Below are positions 36,148-48,099 of a stretch of DNA of 64,000 bases, one piece after another. Numbering within the stretch: position 1 is the stretch's first letter; each line of letters starts with the position of its first letter. The notes below the pieces were generated by a model. It ran no database searches and was not told the DNA's origin. It saw only the letters and a program-made list of their open reading frames with translations. The position numbers were made by a program, and so were the translations under genes. This DNA comes from Takakia lepidozioides (lineage: Eukaryota > Plantae > Bryophyta), in the NCBI GenBank assembly GCA_030704615.1, contig CM060734.1, forward strand, positions 42,904,001 to 42,968,000, written 5' to 3'.

Positions 36148-37752
36148 TGCATGCTTAGCCCGGCTTAGCTAGCTTAGGAATCCGATTACAAAAACTTGTA
36201 TTGTACAAAAATTTGTTATAAAGGAAATGGGTTCCAAATGTTGTGCGTCCTATTTTGTTTGGAATGGTGATGCATGGTATGGTTGGCTAGTGTATAGAAT
36301 GCATGCTAGCTTATAAAAGTGGGAGAGGTAAATTGGGTTAATCGTGTGTTTGCGTAGTGCCGAAATCGGGTGACCCCCATCCAAGGGGCAAGGAAACTTG
36401 CGACTTCTTTGGGAGTTCACGTGCTAGTGCGCACCTGGCGCGTGCGCGTACTATAACTGCGCTACCGAGGGGGTTGCCTTGTAGTGCGGGCTAACGCGGA
36501 AGCTACGTGCTTCCGTTCACGTACTATAATTGTGTAGCCTCGGGACAAAGTCGTAGTGCGGCTTTGGCGTGTTCCCGTACCTCAGGCCAGCATTCCAAGG
36601 CGGACCCAATTGTAGTGATTGGGGCGCACGGTTGGTTCAAGGTTATCTTCCTAGTCAAAGAGGGTTCCAGGGAACCCTTGCTCAAGGTGATGCCAAAAGC
36701 GGCATCATGAGCGATCGCAAGCAATGTTGTTGCAGTAAGGCGATTCGATCCTCGGGGAGGATCGTTCCTTGGCCTTGAAGTAGGCCAAGAAGAGTGCACT
36801 GGGAGGAGCTGGAGAGGCTCCACCCTTGGCCGGGACTTGGAGGAAGTCGGCCGAACTAGCTAGTGGAGAGTAGAGTCAAGTGTGGGGTTTGGTTCTTTGC
36901 CATGGGACGCCATGGTACGGAAACAAACTCCTTGATGTGGGACGCCACAACTTGGATGTTCGTTTCTACAAAATGCACAAGTCGATGAGGACATCGACTC
37001 CCTGTTGGTAGGGGTGTGTGTCGCGGCCCTTTGCCTTGAGGGCGGGGGGGGGGGGGTCGGGACACATGAGGGGTTGCCCCTGTGGTGGGGGCAGCGGCAG
37101 CGATAGGTATGGGGGGCTGAAGCACCCTTGAGTGCCCAAGGCACCCAAGGAGGCGGAGGCGCTCACTAGGTGGAGCCCCGCACACCGGGTTGCGGTGGGG
37201 GAGGCTCCACAAGGGGTGGTGGTAGCTTAGCGGGACTTAGTGGGGGTGGCTTAGGACTCACCATGGGGGCAGAGACCTCGTGGTGGGAGTCGTGGGGAGT
37301 CTTGGGACTCATCACGGTCCATAGGGGCCGTGGTGAGTGGGCCAAGACTCACCGCGACTCATCACCGGGAGTCGAGGGTTTTCGTGGTGGTTCGCCATAA
37401 AATGGCATGGCTGGTTGTGAAACCCCCGCAGACAGCTACAGAAGTATATATAGGGAGTAGTAACCCCGAGAACGGTGCAAGCCCGTTGGTGACCAAAAAC
37501 TAGTGAGTAAGCGAGCGAGCCGGAAAGCGACCAAAGAGTGGGGAGCTGTTCCGGACTGCCAACTACCAAAGGGAATTCCCGCTGGTTCCAAATCGGTGGA
37601 GGGTTCTTTGGGAGAGCAAAGGGGGACCGTTATGCCCCGGTGAGCAGCCGAAGCTCCAAGTTGGCCCAGCGGCCAGATTGGGAGTCAGGCGCGCGCATCA
37701 AAGCGAGTAACTATGACTTGAGGGGGAGCTTACCGAAGTGAGGTGCGCGACA
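36148..37752 (+). repeat. 3' LTR of the chromovirus (~1.6 kb)
   Basis: Follows the purine-rich tract GGAGCGTGGGGGAGGAAA (36130-36147). Starts TG and ends GCGCGACA exactly where the palindrome array resumes mid-unit. The 5' LTR is missing. Confidence 0.75.
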
Positions 37753-39771
37753 CATACTATCCAGAACGGAAATGCGGTACCGCATTTCCGTTCTGACTGT
37801 AAATCGTGAACCATCGGAACTGAAATGCGGCAGCGCATTTCCATCCGAGTCGCACCTCCCTCACAAGCTAGAACGGAAATGCGGCACCGCATTTCCGCCC
37901 GGGTGAGACCTTCAAACTTTCTAGACCGGAAATGCGGCACCACATTTCCGTTCAGCTGAGACCTCTATACTTTTCCGAACGGAAATGTGGCACGACATTT
38001 CCGTTCATCAACTAAGGTATGTGAAGGGGGAACGGAAATGCGGTACCGTATTTCTTTTCAGATTGAAAATCATGAACCACGAGAACTGAAATGTTGTGCC
38101 GCATTTCCGTCCGGATCGCACGTTTCGTCATTCCTGAACGGAAATGCGGCGCCGCATTTCCGTTTTGTATCTGATGCATGGAGCCGAGTGCAATTCCGAT
38201 CGCTTGAAATTCCGACCGCTTCAGACATTCATACTATCCAGAACGGAAATGCGGTACCGCATTTCCGTTCTGACTGTAAATCGTGAACCATCGGAACTGA
38301 AATGCGGCAACGCATTTCCATCCGAGTCGCACCTCCCTCACAAGCTAGAACGGAAATGCGGCACCGCATTTCCGCTCGGGTGAGACCTTCAAACTTTCCA
38401 GACCGGAAATGCGGCACCACATTTCCGTTCAGCTGAGACCTCTATACTTTTCCGAACGGAAATGTGGCACGACATTTCCGTTCATCAACTAAGGTATGTG
38501 AAGGGGGAATGGAAATGCAGTACCGCATTTCCTTTCAGATTGAAAATCATGAACCACGGGAACTGAAATGTTGTGCCGCATTTCTGTCCGGATCGCACGT
38601 TTTCGACATTCCTGAACGAAAATGCGGCGCCGCATTTCCCTTTTGTATCTCATACATGGAGTTGTGGGACGGAAATGCGGCACCGTATTTCCGTTCAACA
38701 ACTAAGGTATGTGAAGGTGGAACGGAAATGCGGTGCCGCATTTTCTTCCAACAAGCACGGATGTGTAGCTTCGTGATGGTACTTAACGGAAATGCGGCGC
38801 CGCATTCGCATTTTCACTCCTACTCCAAATTTGAACACGTGGAGCATCGGAATTGCGGCACATGTCTGCACTCTATCTGAGTGAAGTGGCATGAGGCGGC
38901 GCGGCCTGACCGTTGGATAATGATGTTTGTTTTTCGGACGGCAGGCGTATCCTGAACGATTCGAATTTTGTAATGACGCAAAGTCCACGAGGAGACACTT
39001 TCCTCCAACCCTTTCGAACCCAAGTGCTGCATCACCGCCGTTTCATCTGCTTTTGTCGTGTCTCCTCAGTCACCCCTCAGTCACCGCATTCCATCGTCCT
39101 ATAAAAACTTACATTGTCCTATAAAAACTTTCAATTGCCCAACATGGGAAATGCGGCGCCGCATTTCCAAAACAGCCATCGTTGTTTGTCCAATTCCACA
39201 CCCGTTTGGGCATTCCGTCTTGATGGACGGAAATGCGGCACCGCATTCCATTGTCCAATACGATATTTTGATGACGAACATGGAAATGCGGTGCCGCATT
39301 TCCAGAACTTCCATCGTTGTTTGTCCAATTCCAGACCCTTATGAACAACGGGAACAGAAATGCGGCACCGCATTTCCGTCCGAGTGGCACTTTCCGACAT
39401 TCCAGAACGGAAATGCGGCGCATGTACCGCATTTCCGTTCTGACTGTAAATCGTGAACCATCGGAACTAAAATGCGGCAGCGCATTTCCATCCGAGTCGC
39501 ACCTCCCTCACAAGCTAGAATGGAAATGCGGCACCGCATTTCCGCCCGGGTGAGACCTTCAAACTTTCCAGACCGGAAATGCGGCACCGCATTTCCGTTC
39601 AGCTGAGACCTCTATACTTTTCCGAACGGAAATGTGGCACGACATTTCCGTTCATCAACTAAGGTATGTGAAGGGGGAATGGAAATGCGGTACCGCATTT
39701 TTTTTCAGATTGAAAATCATGAACCACGGGAACTGAAATGCTGTGCCGCATTTCCGTCCGGATCGCACGTT
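37753..39771. repeat. Array of GGAAATGCGG-YR-CCGCATTTCC palindromes in a ~477-bp higher-order repeat
   Basis: Roughly 30 copies at ~50-60 bp spacing. Units at 37753 and 38230, plus a partial unit at ~39400. Perfect 34-bp palindrome at 37762-37795. Confidence 0.95.
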
Positions 39772-40242
39772 GTTCACTGATACTCATCTCGCCCCTTCTA
39801 AGTTGCATGCAGTCTTTTTATACTATGCTCAAAAGAGCCGTTACAGTCTGCGGTCGTTAATGACCGTTTGCCTAACTGCCTACGCAACCTAAAAGGTTTG
39901 CTAAAAAAGTGGCTCGTTGCAGTGGTCGTGAGCCATAGTGGTAAACGGTCCACTACTCTCTCTATTGGTTAAAGCCGATGCTAACGTGGCCGTGTGATAT
40001 CGTGGTTCACGGCTCACGGTTACTACACTACTCACTACTGCTCTCGTGGTAATGTACCCTTGTCCCGCCATTGGCTAAGTACCGCGTACTTAGCCGTCTC
40101 TGCCTGTGGCCCAGGTAGTGTACGTCCATCACTACCTGGTATGTCCCGTTGTGACCCTCGTTGTCTGTCCCTCGTAGCATAGCCGTTATCACTGGCAGGC
40201 CCATTCAACAAAACCAAGGTGGCAGACAATACAATGGTGTCT

Positions 40243-40821
40243 TTAGCGCATCTTGGAACTTAAGATAGTTAGGGTCAATGTTGGGGGCATCGTCCCCTTG
40301 CCATCCATCTGATCCTCCTCTGAGGAAGAGTCACCTTGTTGACCATCATCAATTGGTATCCTATCTTGACTTCCTTCCCCTTCCCCCCCCTCTATGGCTC
40401 CTTCAGGCGCTGGCCTATCTTCCAGTCTCATGTTAGATTGAGCAAGTTTGGCAGCCTCGTCTCCGAGGCGGAATGCCTCACTCAACATCCTCATCCCATC
40501 CATTTGCATGTCATTATCCAGGTGTGGGGTGTTGCAATGCTGCCCAAAATAGGCAGCATTCCACTCTTCATCTAAAGAGTCCCCTTCATCACTTGGGTGC
40601 TTTACCCTTAGTCTGGGGTCCCTACCTTCAACAACAAGGTGTCTTTGGACCACCCACCTCAATCTCTTGACCCCACCATGGCAAACTCTACACGGACAAC
40701 GCACTTTCATGCGTCCCATCGCATTGGCACGACGCTCCTCTCGTTGCCACAACTTTTCATCACGCTTGCGTATCCTCCTAGGGTCAGAAATGCTTACCCT
40801 CCTTGGTGCTTGTCCTGCCAT
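40243..40821 (-). pseudogene. CACTA/EnSpm transposase N-terminal (transposase-associated) domain fragment
   Basis: KVRCPCRVC....VVQRHLVVEG matches the CPCxxC...HL..xG motif, followed by an acidic linker. CACTA(C) motifs at ~39951 and ~40033. Confidence 0.65.
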
Positions 40822-42037
40822 AATATGGGCCTACCATGTCATCAACCACCACCATATGTTAGAATAAAGCCGGGGCCCAATTTCTAGGTGGAATAATTAG
40901 GGTTGTGAACTGACATCCCTTTGGTCAATGCAGCAACAACCTGGCAACTAATGTATAAAATCCCCCAAGGGCTTAGTCATTTGCCTCACCTCTGCAATAT
41001 CATCCCACCTACCAGGTGCAACGCCATAGATGTTTTATGGCAATACATAAGTGGTAGCATCCTGCAACATATGAGAATCTGCTCATATCTGCTCATATTT
41101 GTTCCATCAGAATTATACATACAAATGTAAGGAGCAATGTGACAAAAGGATGAAGCAGGGTCACCTATGTCAAAGAAGCATTGCCCGCTTGTGAGTGCGT
41201 CAGCCATTGCTGCTGCCTACTCCACTTGACAACCCACCCAAGGCGCGAACTATCAGCGTACCAGCTATCTCATAGCAATTGTCCCGAGCAGGAAGGTGGT
41301 AAAAGGCCAAACAGAAGAGAATGAAAAGGAACCAGTAGTCAGAACAAGGATTGTTGAGGATAATCACCGGGGGCAATGGCAACACTGATCTGCTTAGAGG
41401 CAAAGTATAAGATGTGTTTCACCAATGACATTCGCTTGATAATTAGTGCTCCGTTTTGGCGTGAGTGGCACACAAGTTCATGTGCTCAAACACATGCACC
41501 ATGTAATCCTCTATTGCCTGCATCCGATCAATCAGAAAAGGGATCCCTTCTTAAAATCATAAAGAGAACATGTTAGAGAATCCAGATCATAGAACATTGT
41601 AACTGAGTGTGATGATGAACTCAAGTCTATCACTAAAGTTTGCCACATATAGACCTTCTCACCCAACTCCATGATGAAGTTTTCATTGAAGCTAATTCCT
41701 TGTAGATCTATATTTGACACTGAGAGCAAGAGCGTAAAGAAAACTTACAAAAGCCGATGGGTACAATATACAAGAGATCACATGATGTGACACTGATCCT
41801 AAATGCATCTTTGACATTCCAGAATGGAGAGAGAGTGACTGACTCAGAGCAAGAGTGAGACAAAGACACATAGATGGAAATCTCTGAAGGAACAAATAGG
41901 GACTCATTTACTGCATTCTGTTCGTTAATGAAAGACCCCTTCCACGGCCTAATGGTGTGATTGTTTTTCCTAGAATTGCACTTGACTTCCAACAAGTTGT
42001 AATGATTGCATGATGCAGAAAGTACCTCTTGAAGGGC

Positions 42038-44478
42038 AGTCAAGGCCTCTGCTGTCCATCTTGATCATGCCTCTGATGAGTACCGAGCACTAATTTCTGT
42101 GACCTACACACTCCCAAGCTCTTTTAGGATACCACAAAAGCTCGGAGAGATGTATGGGGTCACTAATTAGACCATGGGTGCCACATTTTGGAAACTTCTC
42201 CATCAAGAAACCTCCATAGGGGAAGCTTCTTATGAGATTTCTTAGTAGCTAGTATATATAGGAGGCGAGACTGGACACTCTTCAGTCTCGCCAACACCAG
42301 TTCAAGCTACTTTTGTTTCCAATTCCCAGTACTCTAGTCCAGTTCCCAGTACTCTAGCCCAGTTTCCAGTATCTGGTACTCCAGTCCAGTTTCCAGCATT
42401 CCAGTATTCAAGTCATGTTCCAATATCTTGTACTGTTGTTCATTGTTATAAAGATCGTCTTGATTCTTATTTACTCATCGTGCATACGGCCACGCCGACC
42501 TTGACTTCTTGTCTAGTCTTGTACCTCTAGTCTGATCTCTTGTTTGTGTTCAGTCATGTTCTTGTCCTTGACAGTTTGACGAGACTAAAATTTGTTCCTT
42601 AGTTAGTTAAGACGGAAGGCACATTTGCGGAAATGGTCGCCACATTGCAGAGTCTTCAGCTCCAGATGCAAGAACTTTCGTGCCTCTACTGCCCAACTAC
42701 AAGTTGATTAGTCTCAAGATCTTGACAACGCTCTCAACAATTTTGCAACAACAAATTTCAGAGTTGGAGGAGTCGAACAATGGATCTTCAACCTTACGAG
42801 TCCCTACTACAACAAATCCTACTGCAACGGTTCCTCCAAATCTTCAACAGATTACAAGGGAACCAAAAGTCAGCATGCCCGAAAAATTTGATGGGACGAG
42901 ATCAAGATTTCGCGATTTTGTTCAACAAGTACAATTGTTCCTACGACTACATCCACAACGCTACCCTGATGAAGGTATTCAAGTGAAATTCGTGGGCACC
43001 CTTCTATCAGGCACTGCCCTATCTTGGTTTGCACCGCTATTAGAGAAAAATTTACATTTACTATACAATTTTGAAGCGTTCATGTCCGAGTTCACTGCAA
43101 CGTTTGGAGAAAATGATAGAGAGAGACAAAGATACGAAATCTTCGACAAGGAGCACGTCCAGCTTCCGTTTATGCTGCCGAATTTCGACAACTTGCGTGC
43201 GACCTCGACTATAATGAGAAGAGTATCATTAGTCAGTTTCGATGTGGCCTAAAAGAGGATGTAAAAGATTTGTTGCTGACAATGCCAAACGTGAGTACAC
43301 TGAGCGATTTAATCATCCAAGTCATTGCATGCGATAATCGTTTGTTCGAAAGACGTCAAGAGAACCGATCTGGATGGTCGACAACGCATCATGCCGCTGC
43401 TACTACGGCACCAAACACAACGATCCATCAGACATCCGGTAATGATTCTATGCAGATTGGTACTGTCCGTATCAAGCCATTGACGCCACAAGAAAAATAA
43501 AGACAGCGCTCAAATGGATTATGCCTTTGTTGCGGAGAAGAGGATCACATAGCATTAAACTGCCCCAACAAGAAAAGATTCAAAGCTCGGGGCACAACTC
43601 CAGTGTTCGATACGAGGAGGTCGGAAAACGAAGATGTCCAGTCACAGAAGGGACCATGCGGCTGGACACCCCAAATTCCTCACCAAAAAAATGTCTCTTT
43701 CTACCTCCAGACCCTGTACCTTGTTTCACAGTTCCAGTAAAGATCAGGATGCAAAATCGAGATATCTCCGTAGAAGCACTTTTGGACTCGGGCGCTTCAG
43801 CGTGTTTTATTGACAAAGACTTTGCGAAGCAACACAATTTAACGCTCGTAAGAAAGAAATTCTCGGCCCCTGTTGAAGTCATTGATGGACGACCGTTAGC
43901 ATCAGGGAATATTGACCATGAAACTCGACCTCTTGAAGTGAAGCTTAAAAATCAAGCATCACAGATTGTTTTCAATGTCATCCAGTTTCCAACAAATCAT
44001 GTAATCCTTGGACTTCCCTGGTTTGTACTTCATAATCCTGACATCGACTGGCGATCACGAAAAATTTCGGCAAGACAAAAATGCAAAAGTACCAAAGGTA
44101 TTCAACCCCTGTTTCTTGGAGCTAGAGCCTTCATGAGAGCTATGAAGAAAAACGCGACATTTGCACTTTATGCGACTCCGATCAAAACCACAATAGACCA
44201 AGGTATTTCGACATTACCCACTCAATATCAAGATTTCAAGGATGTCTTCGAGAAGAAAAATGCAGACATGTTGCCAGAACATCGACCTTATGATTGTGCA
44301 ATTGAGTTGCAAGAAGGAGCTCAACCACCATTCGGCCCAATCTACAATTTATCTCAGACGGAGCTGGCTGCTTTATGCGAATACATTGATGAAAATTTGT
44401 CAAAAAATTTCATTCGACATTCGAAATCACCCGCGGGAGCACCTATCTTATTTGTGAAGAAGAATGACGGATCGTTAC
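42038..44478 (+). mobile_element. 3'-truncated Tcn1/Tf1-like Ty3 retrotransposon (5' LTR, gag, protease, start of RT)
   Basis: LTR 42038-42573 ((A)GTCAAGG...CCTTGACA, TATA at 42253). gag REPKVSMPEKFDG, LLSGTALSWF and knuckle CLCCGEEDHIALNC; PR ALLDSGAS; RT SKSPAGAPILFVKKNDGSL, cut at 44478. Confidence 0.9.
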
Positions 44479-45164
44479 ACAGAGGTTTGCTATTTCATGA
44501 GCATGAGCGGCATGAGCGGCATGAGCAGAGTAGTAAGACAATCGGTTTTCATGAGCAGAAGTACAAATTTCGAAAATAAAAAACAATAAAAACAATAATT
44601 TAATGCAATGTGTCAGGAAAAACAAATATATTATTCGGCCCCTTGAAGGGAAAATTGCAGTTTTGACAGTTGTGCTCATGATATTTCGTCTTCCGCTCAT
44701 GCCAATTCCCAGCGACATGTGCAAATATGGCGCCGAATTTCGCGGTAATAGGGTCCGTAACCTGAAAAAACGGCGACGTATTTCGCGGTAATAGGTCTCT
44801 CTGGCGAAAAATGGTGCCGAATTCCGCGGCTATAGGTCCCCTCATGACAGGTAATTCGGCGCCATTTTTCCAGTGCATGTTCGGACTTAGCCAGTTTTCG
44901 GCGCAAAATAGGGAAATTCGGCGCCATTTTTCTAGACACTGTACCAATGCATGTTGGGACTTAGCCAGTTTTCGGCCCCAAAAAGAGAAATTCGGCGCCA
45001 TTTTTCCAGAAATGGCCCCACAACTGCTTCTGTTGGATCTCAGTTTGAATGGAATATTGCCTCATTCCAGGAGTTTTGGGGTGCATTTCATTACACTGCA
45101 AAAAAAAGTCTGATACAGCAAAATGCAATTGAAAATATCCATATGGAGGATTCCCTTTGCCCCA

Positions 45165-47797
45165 TCAATGATTTCTGGAATCCCTAAGGAGGAGTTTGTG
45201 CAGCTCGTTCACGCTCAACGCCGGTGCATGAATAAAGTCATCAATAGTCACGTTCATCCTCAACCTCTTCAAGTAAATGTAATACAGATGCTTGCACGGA
45301 TAATACTTGGAACCCTTCTTTGCTTCCATCAACGAGAAGTCCGTACAATTGCAAGTCGGCTCCACTCCAATCGTAATTGTGTATACATCGTCGCGTACAG
45401 CCAAGCCGGCCGTTGCCATCCGATACACACGCCCAAGGCCGGGTGGGGGTACGTCCACGGAGCTCTGAATAGTGCAAGCCATCCCAAGAGCATTGGCAAT
45501 CCGAGTCTCATTCAACTTGTTGGGAGGGTGTCGTCTCTTCACTCTTCTGAATCGCATTGTGGGATGTGCAGAATTGTCCAATCCGTCTCTACTGGACCGA
45601 GCAGTCTGCAATGGCTGGGTCTGAGGAACCGGAAATGCGTGGGCCGGGATGTTGTGCGTTGCACCATCGAAATCCTGCTGCAGATAGAGCATCCGCCTCA
45701 TTCTGAGAGAGGCTGCAACCCGGTGCAACAGGCCAGACGCCCGGAGGCTCCGGCATTCCCTGAATCCCGTACTTGGGCTTGCCAAATACACAGGTCATTA
45801 TATCATGCCTACAGAACCAAAATGTCTGCGTTGTGGCGTGAGCAAATGTGGGAGTCAAAAATCTGCCGCTGAAACAAGGTGCAGGTACAGCACCGTGTGG
45901 GTTCCTCCGAATCATCTCACCACAGCGTGCTCTCGTATCCACCCGGATGGCGCAGCACTTCCCTCGAAATGCCGGCAATGTCCTCGCAATTCTCCACTGT
46001 GACTCCGACACTCTTGTCTCCACAATGGGAATGTTGTACTGCTTTACTACAGATGGCTCGTTATGTTGCCGGGGCACGCGCCCTGTGCTCAAAGGATATG
46101 GCGATCTTGAACGTGCAGGATTTGCGGTGCTCGACGAGACCTCCTCGGGCAACATCACCGGACCATGAGGGAGCGTGCGAATATTCTTGTCAGCTTGCCA
46201 TGAATCCTCTTCTCCGCCAGGTGCCTCGTCAAGTCTTCGTCTCACTGGACGGGTATGAACATCTCCTTCCAGATGTTGGCCTCTTCGCAGCAATGGTGTG
46301 TCCCGAAGGCCCTCTCGCAAGGCCGCCGCCCACTTCCGAGGATTCTTCGATCTACAGGCAGTCCGCATCAGCATTTCCTGCCTGTCCGGCCCCAAGCCCC
46401 ACTGTTTCCCTTTCAAGAACTCGTTGTACCTGCATTGCTGCATAATTGACCTCATAATGTCCTCCGTTGTGGCAGTGAGGATGTCCATCAGATGCGCTGC
46501 AGAGGAGGCACGCCAGGAAGAGTGCACTGATTCGGCCATGTTTGTCGTGGGCATGTCGGTGTCGGAGTCGAGACACATTTCCTGCACAAGCACATGTTCA
46601 GGTTACAAGCAAGTTACAAATATGGCCAAGAATAATATTCAACGGGACGCGAATTCGTGCAACTCACCTCCCGCATATAGTCGCCGAACTGGAGGAAACG
46701 ATAATGCCACCATGCTAGCTAACTGACCATTGCTCCCTCGTCTGATTTCCTTACAGCACCTGACGATGTCCACCAAGCCCGTATGCATGCAAACTGTGTC
46801 TCTGCATCATCCAAGGTGGGAGCGCGCTTCCACGCAAGGCACATGGAACGGTGCTCCTCTCTAAAATCTGGCGCCACGAGCCTGGTTGTGTACTGCGAAA
46901 GGCTCTGCAGAAAATGGAACCCACAAGATCTCTCCTTGCCTTCCATGGGAACATTGGGGTCTTGCCCGTACACCCTTCGGATGGCAGCCCAATTTGCTTG
47001 TGCGTTGTCCGCCATGAAACCACGGAAATTGGGAGGGGGCAATCCCGCCTTGGCCATCTGTTCGTTTATTCCCTGCCAAAAAAGCATCTCCAATTGTGTG
47101 TCCTCTCCTTTCATCTCACAAATAGCAATTGTCATTAGCATCCTGCAGTGGGTGTCGTAGACATGTGCACCCATTGTCACCCACTGGTGATTTGTAATTC
47201 GCTTGATATGGTCGAACATGACCCAACTGTTTGACAAGTTCCCACTCGTCTGAACTGCGGTGCTCGTGCTGGGAATATGACTCCCTCCTCCACTGACGTC
47301 CATTGAGGACTTGCCTGATCTCCAGGACGACCTCGGAACTTCCATGACGTCGTCTGAGTCGGACAGGTTGTGAACAACCCGGTTCTCGCTCGTCTTCATG
47401 GATGGGTTCGGCTCTGGATTTACTTTGTTGCGGACTTCTCTCTTTGAGGTAGCCACTCTCTGATTTGCGGATTGTTTCGTGGAAGGCGTCAGGATAGAAG
47501 GTGCATTTGGCGGGCAAATGAAATCCCCAACAGCCCTGTATATGACGTTGTCCGATGGTGGAACTCGCCATTCCCTGCCATCGCCGAAATCATCGTGGAG
47601 CACAACAATACTCTCGACAACAAGGCCGTTTGAGTCCTTCCTTTCCTCCTCCAAAAAAACCGATCCCGGTTTCAGGTGGTATCGAACGCACAGATATTTC
47701 TTTCTCCATCACCCGGCAGATGTCCCCTCTGCACGGAAATGAAGTCTATGCTCGTAATGAGGGCAGTACACTGTAGCGCTCGGGTTTTCCCGCCATG
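45165..47797 (-). pseudogene. MULE DDE transposase with C-terminal SWIM finger; GCM region absent
   Basis: WVMFDHIKR, FMADNAQANWAAI, ERSCGFHF, TTNMAESVHSSW and SWIM CNCTDF...PCKHLYYIY. Phase-0 intron 46667-46582 at the same position as in the 32149 copy. Stop at 46719; frameshift near 45660. Confidence 0.88.
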
Positions 47798-48099
47798 GTA
47801 GATGTGCACACAAGACTGCCAGGATGACGTTCGGGGAAGCTCCCTGGTAGAAGGGGGATTGCAGCGATGGGAAGTGAATGCGATGCCGATTTTTGTCCGA
47901 GCGACGAAGCCTGATCCAAAACCAGGGAGCCAACTATCTCAAAAATCCCCAGTCAGAGTGTTCATGAACCTTGTCAATCCGGAATGCGGCCCCTGGTCTT
48001 TGCGCAATAACTGCCAACGGTATGCAGTCAGAAAGTTGGGGGCCGCCGGATGATGACGGCTGAAGGGGAGAAGCCGCCCGTGCCGTCACATTACTACCC

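Noticed and set aside
37753-39771. CRISPR-like array (palindromic ~24-bp repeats with ~30-bp spacers)
   Set aside because: Spacers recur in a 477-bp higher-order unit, the repeats are degenerate, no cas genes are present and the context is eukaryotic.
34812-44478. Chromo-integrase fragment and Tcn1-like gag-PR-RT fragment as halves of one element
   Set aside because: The order is reversed, and the LTRs (1.6 kb vs 536 bp) show no visible similarity.
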